A stretch of DNA of 64,000 nt from an uncultured Victivallales bacterium (GTDB lineage Bacteria; Verrucomicrobiota; Lentisphaeria; Victivallales; UBA1829): NCBI GenBank assembly GCA_944391115.1, contig CALXSJ010000018.1, forward strand, positions 4,803-68,802, written 5' to 3'. Positions 28,907-38,480 of this stretch are shown piece by piece (within the stretch, counting starts at the first letter, position 1; each line of letters opens with the position of its first letter). Under the pieces are notes generated by a model. The model did no database searches. It worked only from the letters and a program-made list of their open reading frames with translations, and had not been told where the DNA came from. Position numbers and translations under genes: made by a program.

Positions 28907-30871
28907 TCATTCTCTTTCAATTACGCGGTATCCAAACGGGGGAAGTTCAAAATGCCCGTTTTCCAATCCGCCGTCCGACAGGGAACGGCCCTTCAGCGGC
29001 AGATCAAAGACCGCCGGGTTCACGCTGTAATTGAACACAAACGTGACAGGACCGCGGGCAATGACCTCCACTCCTTCCGGCAGCTCCAGCATCCGGATTC
29101 CGGCCCGCCGGACCGCGTGCCGGACGATTTTTCCGTAGGAAGAGCGGTCCAGCAGAGCGGCGCCGCAATACATGGCGCACCCCTTCCCGTATTCATGCTC
29201 CGTCATGAACGGTTGTCCCTGATACATGGCATTCGTGAAACGCAGCGGCACTTCCGATCCCAGCGTTTCGATGGAGGCGATCCATTTGTCGGCAATGCCG
29301 CAGACCTCCTCGCCGTCCAGAATCCCGGAGAAACGCACGGTTCCGCCGATTTCGTCCGGCGCGGCGGGATCGCGGTCCAGCAGGAATGTGACGCCGGTGT
29401 CCACCTCCATTCCGAACACGTCCCGGAGATGCTCCGGTCCCGGCTCCCCGATGTATTTCGCATGCGCGTCGTAAATGCCGGACTGGCTGCTCATCAGGAC
29501 CACGCCGCCGTTTCCGATGAAAGAACGGAGCTTGTCCGCGGCGGATCCGCTGAAATGGGAATAAACGGGAATGACAAGCAGTTTGTAGCCGGAGAGATCG
29601 TCTTCCAGCGAAACAAAGTCTGAATTGACACCGAGTTCCAGCAATGCGCCGTGCCCGTCGTTCATCCATGCGGAACGTCTGGATTCCCCCTGCATGAAAA
29701 TCCAGTCGGAAGTGTAATCGCTGACAACGGCGGCCTCGCAGAGCGGCTGCGGCAGAGTCCCGAAGCGGTCCAGAAGCGCATGCGCCTCTTCCGTTGCGGC
29801 TTTGAGAAGATGGAAGGAGTCCGTCTTTTTGTTTCCGAAACCGAGAAAGACGGGATTGATCTTTTCCTTTCCAGCGCGATGGGAACGCCAGTGGAAATAG
29901 ACCTGAACATCCTGCCCCCTCGCAAGAAACTGCCACAGCAGAAAGCCGAGCAGATTCCGGCCGGGACGCCACGGAGCCGGCGCAACCTCCAGCAGCCATG
30001 CGGGAGTCCCCTGCCGGAAGCAGCGGTAACGGTCGGACATCGCGGTCATGGCACCAAGGGAGTGCTGCGGATTGATGTAGAAATCCCCGGACGCGACATC
30101 CAGCTTCCGGTAGACCTCACGCCGGTCTCCCAGCGGAGAATAATTGTTGGTCGTGACAATCGTGTCCGGGCAGTATTTGCGGATGATATCCGCCTGCATC
30201 ATGGTAAAATCACACATGGCGCGGCTGCGGTAAAGCTGGCTGTCAAGCACCTGCGACGGATTGAGCCGGAGATCCGGTCCCCCGATCTCCACCTGATCCC
30301 AGGCGGAATATTCCAGACTCCAGAATGTGTTGCCCCACGCTTCGTTAAGCGCCTCCACCGTTCCATACTTCCGCTTGAGAAACTCCCGGAATCCCTCTTT
30401 GCAGGCATCGCAGTAACAGTAGGGAAAGATCGACTGGCCGACTTCGTTGTCCACCTGCCAGGCGAACAGGTTGGGATAATCCCGGAATTCCCGCGCCATG
30501 TGCTCGACAATCCGGGCGGAACAGCGGAGAAACACTTCGGAGGAGTAGCAGGTGTGTTCCCTGACTCCGGGATAGGCGCGGTGTCCGCGCATGTCGCAGC
30601 GGAGCGTTTCGGGATGCTCATGAACCAGCCACGGCGGCGCGCTCGCGGTCGGCGTGCAGAGAATGACCTTGAGCCCGTTTTCCTGAAAAATGCGGAACGC
30701 TTCATGAAGCCATTCAAATGTGAAAACGCCGTTTGAGCGTTCCATATGCGACCAGGCGAACTCGCCGACCCGGACCAGGGAGATGCCGGCTTCCCGCATC
30801 AGCGCCGCATCTTCGGCAATCCGGTCCGCGTCCCAGTCTTCCGGATAATAAGATGTTCCTGTCACAAGCAT
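28907..30871 (-). CDS. GH42 beta-galactosidase
   Basis: YYPEDW, VRVGEFAWS, LCTPTASAPPWL, WQVDNE, CYCDAC, trimerisation-domain region. Confidence 0.9.
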   Translation of the reverse strand: MLVTGTSYYPEDWDADRIAEDAALMREAGISLVRVGEFAWSHMERSNGVFTFEWLHEAFRIFQENGLKVILCTPTASAPPWLVHEHPETLRCDMRGHRAYPGVREHTCYSSEVFLRCSARIVEHMAREFRDYPNLFAWQVDNEVGQSIFPYCYCDACKEGFREFLKRKYGTVEALNEAWGNTFWSLEYSAWDQVEIGGPDLRLNPSQVLDSQLYRSRAMCDFTMMQADIIRKYCPDTIVTTNNYSPLGDRREVYRKLDVASGDFYINPQHSLGAMTAMSDRYRCFRQGTPAWLLEVAPAPWRPGRNLLGFLLWQFLARGQDVQVYFHWRSHRAGKEKINPVFLGFGNKKTDSFHLLKAATEEAHALLDRFGTLPQPLCEAAVVSDYTSDWIFMQGESRRSAWMNDGHGALLELGVNSDFVSLEDDLSGYKLLVIPVYSHFSGSAADKLRSFIGNGGVVLMSSQSGIYDAHAKYIGEPGPEHLRDVFGMEVDTGVTFLLDRDPAAPDEIGGTVRFSGILDGEEVCGIADKWIASIETLGSEVPLRFTNAMYQGQPFMTEHEYGKGCAMYCGAALLDRSSYGKIVRHAVRRAGIRMLELPEGVEVIARGPVTFVFNYSVNPAVFDLPLKGRSLSDGGLENGHFELPPFGYRVIERE

Positions 30872-30988
30872 AATGCATTCACCCCTCTTGTCCAATGCCG
30901 TATCGTCATCGGAGAAATCCCTCCGGTGAATTCCTGCCAGGCGGCAGCATGCGCCCGCACTCCCGTCAGGATCCCCTTCTCATGTCCG

Positions 30989-33892
30989 TCAAACGCATAC
31001 CCCCGCGGCATCCGCCGTTTTCCCGAACGAAAGCGTCAGGATTCCGGATCCCGCAGTCTCGATCAAAAGAAACGTTCCTCCGCTCTTCCACGACATCTTT
31101 CCGCCGGAAAATCCGATCCGTTCCGGCTCCCTGCGGATGCCGCAGCGGATCATGCCGGATTCTCCGGTTGCCGCAATGCGGAGGACGGCCTTCCCTTCCG
31201 CGCTGTTCCAGCGGGCGTCCTCGATGCAGACGTCCTGCCAGTGCTCCAGCCAGAGCGGATGCCGCCGCATCTCCAGCCACGCGTAAAGCTGCGCCTTGAA
31301 ATAGTTCTTCGGAAGGCTGTTCTCGAAGCGGTTGATGTCATGCCACTCCCGCAGAAAGCGGCCGGTCCGGATCGCCAGTTCGATATCTTCGCGGATTTCG
31401 CGTTCCGGCACGGTTTCGTCCAGCGTGTTGTTCAGCAGCAGATAGCTGAATTCGACTCGGTTCGTGGCCGCGGCGCCTTCCAGCAGGGCCTCCCGGTAGC
31501 GCAGGATCATGTCGCGGTGCGGTTCCGGAATCGTTTTGCGGAAAGACTCGAAAAGCTCGGGGTAGACCGCATCGGTCGTCAGCAGGGAGATTCCGGTCGG
31601 CTGCACCCTTTTGTCCGAAAGATTTGCGGGAACGAACTGGAAATTGCAGGCCGGCGAATACTCCTCCTGGAAGAAGCGGTTTCCATACCAGGGCTCCTCA
31701 TGATACAGACGGGCGAAATAAGGTCCCGCAAGATATTTCGCCTCGCACAGTGCCAGCATTTTCGCCGCGAGATACGTGCAGGATTCCGCCGTTTCCTGAT
31801 CGCCGACGGTCCGCGCCATGTTGATCATGGCGGGAAAGGCGCCGAAGTTCGCGCCCTCGATCCAGGTCCAGCCCTTCTCGGCGTATCCGGCGCCCATGCA
31901 CGCCCAGTCGTGATAGACGTCAAAATAAAGGAAGATTTTCTTCAGGGCGGACCATTGCTTCCTGACCGCGGAAAAATCGCCGGAGGCAAGAGCCGCGGTA
32001 TAGATCAGATACAGGGTGATCCCGACGCCCCAGTCGTTCTCCACAAACGGATGCGGATACTCCAGAACCTCCTTCCGGGTTCCTTCGGTAATATGTCCGC
32101 CGGAAATCAGGCAGCAGTTGAAATAGCAGAGGTAATACCGGCATCCGGTATAGGGTTCAACCCGTTCATACAGATTGAACATCTCCATTTTCGGCATGGC
32201 GGGATCGGTATAGTAGCGGTAGACCGTCTCCTTGTCCGGTTCGGTGCGCCAGAGATAGGCATGGTCTGTCTTGAGGAGCGTATATTTCCGTCCGGGGTCG
32301 CACGCGAGGGGAAGACGCTTCCGCAGCTCCCCCCGGATCGTCTCCCTGGCCTTTTCCGGCATGAAATTCACCATGGAGCATCCGTAGGCGTATCCCTCGA
32401 GAACCGCTCCGGGATACGCGTAACTCTGCCATCCGGTTGGGAAACGGGATTCAAATTCCAGATACTCGTCGAGATCCTCCTGCAGCAGATCCGGAATTTC
32501 CGGACTCTCTCCGCGGAGCGGATATTTGCGCATCGTCTCCATCATGGCGACGGAATACGCGCAGGAATCGGAAAAATATCCCCTCAGATATCCGTATTTC
32601 GTCGGGAAGCGGAAATCGGCTGTCCCCTCGGGGAGCTCCTGTCCGCAGAGGGTGAGCGCGGGAGGCAGGGGGGCGAGCTCCAGGGGAAGCGTCCCCCATT
32701 CATCGGAAAAGAACTTATAGTCGAAGCACTGAATGATATGGACTTTCCGCGCCTCGTAATCATTCCGGTAGTATTCCCGGCACCCGACAGGAAAAGCCAG
32801 AAGCGCGCGCGACCAGAGACGGCACCGTGCAGCGGCATCCGCCAGAAACGAAGCGTGCTCCGGCGTCTCCGGTTCCAGTCCTTCAAAACCGAACGGCGTG
32901 AGCGTCGTCATCCGCGAACAGCCGTGGAACACAACCTCGGAGAGACGTCCGCCGGGCAGACGCCGGAACTCAATCCGGGCGGGTTTCCTGTCCAGCATCA
33001 CCATCAGGGGGACATCCGGGTATTCCTCCGCGCCGAAAAGGAGCAGCCAGTTTTCGGGCATGCCGCCGGAAAAGTCGTCCAGCGCGGACACCTCGCCGGC
33101 AGTCATGACATACCGGTAGGAGCCTGCAAACTCAAGGTGCGAAATTTTCAGGGAACCCGAACTGTTTTCCGTCACAATGCCCGGCGACGCAATCGAATAG
33201 GAATAAGTTGTCCCGCCGCGTTTCCAGAAGACGCGGAGCGCATCGACGTCCACCTCGTCCGGCAGACTCAGTTCCGCGGGATCCTGCAGCAGGGAATAAG
33301 CCCATGCGTAAGGCTTTTTCCAGCGGGGATGCCCGCAGAGGAACATCTTGTCCACTTTGCCGAAACGGGACATGGCGCAATCCAGCAGACCGTCCCCCTT
33401 GAGCATTCCGAAACGTCCCGGGGCAAGCTTGTGTCCGGCCCCCTTGCGGTATCCTTCGACGGACGGCGCGGGCGTCCGGGGATACTCCTCCTTCGGAAAC
33501 ACCGGGCAGGCAAAACGTCCGCGCACCCGTTCCGCATCCGGAAACACGGGAACCAGCTGCATCGCGAACTCCTCCACTTTCCAGTCCGGCGGGAACGCCG
33601 CTTCACAGGAGATCCTGTTGATCCCGGATACGGTATGCAGCATCCGGCTGTAGCGGATGCCGTGATCCCGGATGTAGAAGTCATTTCCCGCGGGCGCGGC
33701 GGAAATGCCGTTCACGCTCAGGACTTCCGGGGAAAATTTTCTTCCGTAGGGACAGTCCGCCCAGAGCAGCATCCAGTCCCCTTCCCCGGACTCAAAGGCG
33801 CACTCCAGTTGAAAGACGTCCCCGGACCGCCCCAGCACACGCCACGGACGCAGCTGCTTTTCCGCATCGAAGTCATAATAATAGTAACTCAT
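30989..33892 (-). CDS. Large hypothetical protein (967 aa), candidate carbohydrate-active enzyme
   Basis: Long ORF co-oriented in a glycosidase operon; aromatic- and acid-rich; no family motif recognised. Confidence 0.7.
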   Translation of the reverse strand: MSYYYYDFDAEKQLRPWRVLGRSGDVFQLECAFESGEGDWMLLWADCPYGRKFSPEVLSVNGISAAPAGNDFYIRDHGIRYSRMLHTVSGINRISCEAAFPPDWKVEEFAMQLVPVFPDAERVRGRFACPVFPKEEYPRTPAPSVEGYRKGAGHKLAPGRFGMLKGDGLLDCAMSRFGKVDKMFLCGHPRWKKPYAWAYSLLQDPAELSLPDEVDVDALRVFWKRGGTTYSYSIASPGIVTENSSGSLKISHLEFAGSYRYVMTAGEVSALDDFSGGMPENWLLLFGAEEYPDVPLMVMLDRKPARIEFRRLPGGRLSEVVFHGCSRMTTLTPFGFEGLEPETPEHASFLADAAARCRLWSRALLAFPVGCREYYRNDYEARKVHIIQCFDYKFFSDEWGTLPLELAPLPPALTLCGQELPEGTADFRFPTKYGYLRGYFSDSCAYSVAMMETMRKYPLRGESPEIPDLLQEDLDEYLEFESRFPTGWQSYAYPGAVLEGYAYGCSMVNFMPEKARETIRGELRKRLPLACDPGRKYTLLKTDHAYLWRTEPDKETVYRYYTDPAMPKMEMFNLYERVEPYTGCRYYLCYFNCCLISGGHITEGTRKEVLEYPHPFVENDWGVGITLYLIYTAALASGDFSAVRKQWSALKKIFLYFDVYHDWACMGAGYAEKGWTWIEGANFGAFPAMINMARTVGDQETAESCTYLAAKMLALCEAKYLAGPYFARLYHEEPWYGNRFFQEEYSPACNFQFVPANLSDKRVQPTGISLLTTDAVYPELFESFRKTIPEPHRDMILRYREALLEGAAATNRVEFSYLLLNNTLDETVPEREIREDIELAIRTGRFLREWHDINRFENSLPKNYFKAQLYAWLEMRRHPLWLEHWQDVCIEDARWNSAEGKAVLRIAATGESGMIRCGIRREPERIGFSGGKMSWKSGGTFLLIETAGSGILTLSFGKTADAAGVCV

Positions 33893-33953
33893 GGTTCCGG
33901 CCTCTCATCCGGCGGACGCCCCGTCCGGGACAAACATCCGCCCCGCTTGTCCT

Positions 33954-36314
33954 CTATTGCCTCAAGTTGATCTTCCAGTGCAGAATCGCCCGGTCGCTTT
34001 CCAGCTCGTTGCGGAAATCAATGATCCGCGTCCTCTTTCCGTCCTCCGTGCAGCGGACATTCAGAAACGAGTAAAACGGCTCGCCGAGATGCTCCGAATA
34101 CAATTCCAGGCGGTATGTCCCCGCGCCGAGATGTTCATGCAGCGGAATGCCTCCGGAAACCGTTCCCGGCCGGAGACGCGAAGCCCCGGAAGGCGGTGCG
34201 GACTCCAGCCCCCGCTTCGAAACATAGCCGAGTTCCCGGACGGCTCCGTCCGGACCGACTGCCCGCAGTACTGCCGTAATGTCATAGAGATCCTCCCACA
34301 GGCACTGCTCATGGGATGTGATGCGGCTCGGCATCGCCACCTCGATCACGCAGGTCCGGCATTCCGGCGGGTTTTCACGGTATCTTCTCTGCTCCGCAAC
34401 GGACTTCCGGTATGCCTCGCCGGAGGGGGAAGTCCCGGCAGCCGGCACGGGATGCTTCCGGAGAATCCGTTCCGCGCTCTGCGCGTCTTTCGCAACCAGT
34501 GCGGCCGCCACCTGCCAGGGCGCGAGCGAATCCAGGGTTTCCGGATCGGGCTGTCCCGGGATCCGGAAAAAGCGGCAGTCCGCCAGTTTTCCTTTCCGGA
34601 TCCGGAAGAGCGCTTTCGTCCGCCTGCCTGTGCAGTTGGAAAGGAACATGACGCCGTATGTCTCACGCTGCGCGGTCAGAAGGGTGTGCGCCACCCCCTT
34701 TTCCCGTTCGAAAAAGCCGGCGGAGTTGTAATCGGTGTAAAAGCCGAAGCCGCTTCCCGAACCGAGCAGGGAATAACCGTGAAGCAGCGAAGCGAAATTG
34801 CGGTCGTTGATCCCGGGAACCGGAGGATGTTCCAGCGAGGAGGATGCGATCTGCTTTCCAAGCGGAATATGCGGGACCTCGCCGTGCGCCGCGAGAAACG
34901 GGATCATTTTCTCCGACCCGTATTCCGGAAACGCCGCGGTCCAGACGGTGCCCGGAGACGCCGCAGCCATCGTGAAATACTCATGCTCCACCCGTCCCCG
35001 GATCAGAATTCCGCGTTCCCCTTCTCCGGACACATAACCGTCAAAAAAGCCGGAGGCAATCCCCGAATAACAGGGGCCCGTATGCACATAAAGCAGACCG
35101 TCCGGACCGACTCTGCACCGCAGCGCCTCGAACGCCCGGTAATACTCCCGGAACGCGATGCGCCCGCCGGGATAGTTTTCATCCCCCGGCGCGGCGGCGT
35201 AGCCGAAAGGACTGCCGTAATCCAGATAAAGCCCGTCGAAATCCTTCTTCAGCCAGCGGTCAAACCATGCGGCCGCATCCTCCCGGACGCTGATCTCATT
35301 GCCGCGCGCATAGAGCGCCACGCGGATTCCGCGCTCATGAAGTTTCCCGATGATGCGGCGGAAACGCTTCTCGTCGTAAGGGATTCCGTTGTTCTGCGTG
35401 TCAATGCGCCAGCAGTCGTGAAGGATCACGAGATCCGCGCCGGACTCCGCGAGCGCGCGAACTTCCGTCTCATCCGGAAACCGCTGAAAGTTGTCGATGT
35501 AGTGATAGATGGTCATCGGACGGTGCCGCCGCATCGTCCGGGCGGGGCGGAACGTGAAGCCCCAGCGGTTGCGCCAATGCAGCGGACGGGCGTTTCCGCT
35601 TTCGGTGTTTTTCTGGAAATTCCACTCCAGCATCATGCGGTCCTTCTCCATTCCGATCGACGAACACGCCCGGGATTCCGCCCGGTTGAAGAGCGTGTTG
35701 TTTCCTTCCAGGAAGAACTCGCAGTACAGGGAGGGTCCGTGATCCCGCACGGCGTTGAAACCTGCGTTCGCAAAAAGCTCCCGTTCAAAAACGCGCTTTT
35801 CCCCGCGCGGCAGGAACCGCTCCGGCGGCGCAGTCTGAATCAGCGTGGCGTCAACCGCTTTCGGGAAAAGCGTATTCGACCAGTGCAGATCCTGAAACGC
35901 GGTGAAGTCGAGGGGAATCCGGAGCTTGCAGTCGCACAGCGGGGGGACGTCCAGCGTGCTGTAGAAGAGAAACATGTCGCAGAAGGTCGTTCCCGTGTCG
36001 CAGAACTCCCATTGCAGGGAGAGCGAGAGATCGTTCCGTTTTTTCCCGCTCTCCGCTTCGATCCACGGAATTTTCGAAAACGCCAGGATATGCGCGGATT
36101 CCGTCCGGTAGCGGCGCGGGGGAATCGCTCCGGAAAGAGTCGGGACAAGCAGCGTTCCGTCCCCGTCGCGGAGAGAAAGAAAAGGCCGATGCACATTCCA
36201 CGCCTCAAGCCGTCCGCCGTCCGATTCCGTCAGCGTGAGAGAAGCGGGGAATCCGCCGCATTCCTCCGTGAAAAGAAATTCCTGAAATGCGGCTTTCACC
36301 TTAAACTTTCTCAT
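33954..36314 (-). CDS. Hypothetical protein with a probable GH-type TIM barrel
   Basis: LHERGIRVALY and FDGLYLDY resemble clan GH-D-like barrels; overlaps the upstream gene. Confidence 0.6.
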   Translation of the reverse strand: MRKFKVKAAFQEFLFTEECGGFPASLTLTESDGGRLEAWNVHRPFLSLRDGDGTLLVPTLSGAIPPRRYRTESAHILAFSKIPWIEAESGKKRNDLSLSLQWEFCDTGTTFCDMFLFYSTLDVPPLCDCKLRIPLDFTAFQDLHWSNTLFPKAVDATLIQTAPPERFLPRGEKRVFERELFANAGFNAVRDHGPSLYCEFFLEGNNTLFNRAESRACSSIGMEKDRMMLEWNFQKNTESGNARPLHWRNRWGFTFRPARTMRRHRPMTIYHYIDNFQRFPDETEVRALAESGADLVILHDCWRIDTQNNGIPYDEKRFRRIIGKLHERGIRVALYARGNEISVREDAAAWFDRWLKKDFDGLYLDYGSPFGYAAAPGDENYPGGRIAFREYYRAFEALRCRVGPDGLLYVHTGPCYSGIASGFFDGYVSGEGERGILIRGRVEHEYFTMAAASPGTVWTAAFPEYGSEKMIPFLAAHGEVPHIPLGKQIASSSLEHPPVPGINDRNFASLLHGYSLLGSGSGFGFYTDYNSAGFFEREKGVAHTLLTAQRETYGVMFLSNCTGRRTKALFRIRKGKLADCRFFRIPGQPDPETLDSLAPWQVAAALVAKDAQSAERILRKHPVPAAGTSPSGEAYRKSVAEQRRYRENPPECRTCVIEVAMPSRITSHEQCLWEDLYDITAVLRAVGPDGAVRELGYVSKRGLESAPPSGASRLRPGTVSGGIPLHEHLGAGTYRLELYSEHLGEPFYSFLNVRCTEDGKRTRIIDFRNELESDRAILHWKINLRQ

Positions 36315-38454
36315 ATTTCACCTCGAAGGGAGGATCCTCCGTCAGGGTCTGGCGATAGGCGCAAAGCGTGTAATCGCGCAGATTTTCCAGCTGGCGGATC
36401 TTCCAGTGCAGATGCCATGCGCCGCCCTGATAGTCCGAGCGGGGCTCCCAACCCAGAATGGAGTCGTTTTCCGCGACGGGCAGCGCCCGCTCCACATTCT
36501 TCATCTCTTCGCCGATCAGCGCATGCATCTCGTCCAGAATCCCGTTGGCGACGGCGAAATCATTTTCGATCTCCAGTCTCCGGTTGAGAATGAACCACTG
36601 CTTGGCATGAATCGTCGTGGTCATCGCGCAGCGGAAATAGATTCCGACGCCGAGCATTTTTTCCGCGCCGGCCCGCTTTTCCGGGGGCGCGGCGGCGACA
36701 GCCTGCTCCATGAGAGCAATCCCTTCATCCCAGATTTTCATGGCCGCGGGCAGGATCCGGAGATCCTCGTGCAGGGTTCTGCCGCATGCCGAACCGCCGT
36801 GCACGTGCTCGGGATAATAATCCGGATGCATCATGCGCGATCCGCAGATGCTCTGCGGGGTGCTAGGATAGCGCATATGCTGTTCAACATGCGGATACAG
36901 ATACGGCAGAAACACGAAGGGATATGCCGCTCCGACGCGCATCGGCCCCGCCTGATCGCCGAAATTCGGCGCCCACCGGGAAATCGCCTCGCTCCATTTC
37001 TCCCATGCCCGGACGGCAAGCGGACCGCCGGCGGGACCGAAATCACGCACTGCGATTTTCGCAAGGATTTCATTCAGGTCCGTTTCCGGACTCCAGAAGC
37101 TCCATTTCGCGCATTCGCTGACAACGGAGGGATACCAGCCGTAGTGATGGCACTCCATCAGTCCCGAAAGGTTCCAGTCCCTTCTCGCCTTGTGCATGTT
37201 CCCGAAGCGGCGGAACCACTGCTGCGGGACCGGTTCATACGGACAGACGCCGTTGTCCCATGTGCGCCCCGCCGTGTTGGTCATGGAATAGAGCCTTACG
37301 CCCGCTTCGGCGGCGGCCTCCGCCTCGACGCGGAACATCCGGCTCGGTCCGGGAAACGTGATGGAATAATCGCACTGCATGGCAGTGTGATTCTCGAAGC
37401 GGCGCTGTTCATACATTTCAAAGGTGACGAGCAGCGAGGCGTCCTTCGGATAATTGAGGATCATTTCCCGCTGCGGTTCCGCGGGCGCGCGGCCGAATCC
37501 GTAGGTCCAGAACACCACATCCGCTTCGGGATTGTAGCGCCGGCAGGCTTTTTTGACGGCGTTCACCCACTGGGGATAATCGGAGCAGGGCCACCAGCCG
37601 GAACCGCTCTTGTGTCCGCAGATTCCCTGCGTGTATTCATTGGTCCCTTCGGTGGTTTTGTGCGCATTCGCCCGGGGATCCCGGGTCGGAAATTCGCACG
37701 ACTCGCTGACCAGAATGATTCCCTTCGCTTCGGGGGAATGGCGGAACAGCGCGCCGAACCGGGAATCGAAAAATGCGTCCGCATCGCTCTCGTCCGGATG
37801 CTTGTAGCCGTCCAGATAGCTGTAGAAATAGGTGTCGAGCCCGTAGAGCAGAGCCCGGTGGATGATGTCGTTGAAATCAAGCGGCCCCTGACGGGTCATG
37901 TCGGGACCGGTCGCGAAAATCAGAATCGCATCGAATCCGGCATGCGCAATCGCGGAGAGCTGGGAATCGGGGAACTGATCCAGGCCGTAACCGGAATGCA
38001 CCATGCGCGGCGAAAAGAGCGGAGCGCGCCGGACGGGTTTTTCCGTGTGTTCCAGGGCGGGAAGCTCGCGCAGGTTCATCAGGTCTTCCAGATAGTAAAG
38101 ACCCTGCTGCACGCCGATCCAGGAATCGCCGCGGACGACGATCCGGTCCGGCGCGCACTCATAAACGTAGGCGCGGGACTTTCCCGTTCCGCCGCTCTGC
38201 AGCTGAATCACGTTGCATTCCCTGCCCTCCGCCGTGATCCGCAGGGAAAGATTCATGCTGGTAAAAAGATAGTCCTGAAAATCCAGCGCGGCGCGTTTCA
38301 CGCCGTCTTCCGCGGAAACGGGGAGACGAATCTCCCAGGTCTCATCAAGAAGCGTTTCGTTTTCGCGAAGCGGCGCGGCACATGTGCTGCGCCGTCCCGG
38401 GCGGTGCACCTGCTCCAGAAATTCCCGGAACTGATAAGGACGTTCTTTTTTCAT
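36301..38454 (-). CDS. Hypothetical protein with a GH20b/GH67-like N-terminal domain
   Basis: AALDFQDYL, GVQQGLYYLEDLM, PLFSPRMVH. Confidence 0.65.
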   Translation of the reverse strand: MKKERPYQFREFLEQVHRPGRRSTCAAPLRENETLLDETWEIRLPVSAEDGVKRAALDFQDYLFTSMNLSLRITAEGRECNVIQLQSGGTGKSRAYVYECAPDRIVVRGDSWIGVQQGLYYLEDLMNLRELPALEHTEKPVRRAPLFSPRMVHSGYGLDQFPDSQLSAIAHAGFDAILIFATGPDMTRQGPLDFNDIIHRALLYGLDTYFYSYLDGYKHPDESDADAFFDSRFGALFRHSPEAKGIILVSESCEFPTRDPRANAHKTTEGTNEYTQGICGHKSGSGWWPCSDYPQWVNAVKKACRRYNPEADVVFWTYGFGRAPAEPQREMILNYPKDASLLVTFEMYEQRRFENHTAMQCDYSITFPGPSRMFRVEAEAAAEAGVRLYSMTNTAGRTWDNGVCPYEPVPQQWFRRFGNMHKARRDWNLSGLMECHHYGWYPSVVSECAKWSFWSPETDLNEILAKIAVRDFGPAGGPLAVRAWEKWSEAISRWAPNFGDQAGPMRVGAAYPFVFLPYLYPHVEQHMRYPSTPQSICGSRMMHPDYYPEHVHGGSACGRTLHEDLRILPAAMKIWDEGIALMEQAVAAAPPEKRAGAEKMLGVGIYFRCAMTTTIHAKQWFILNRRLEIENDFAVANGILDEMHALIGEEMKNVERALPVAENDSILGWEPRSDYQGGAWHLHWKIRQLENLRDYTLCAYRQTLTEDPPFEVKYEKV

Positions 38455-38480
38455 AATTCTCTTTTTGATCCTTGATAAAG

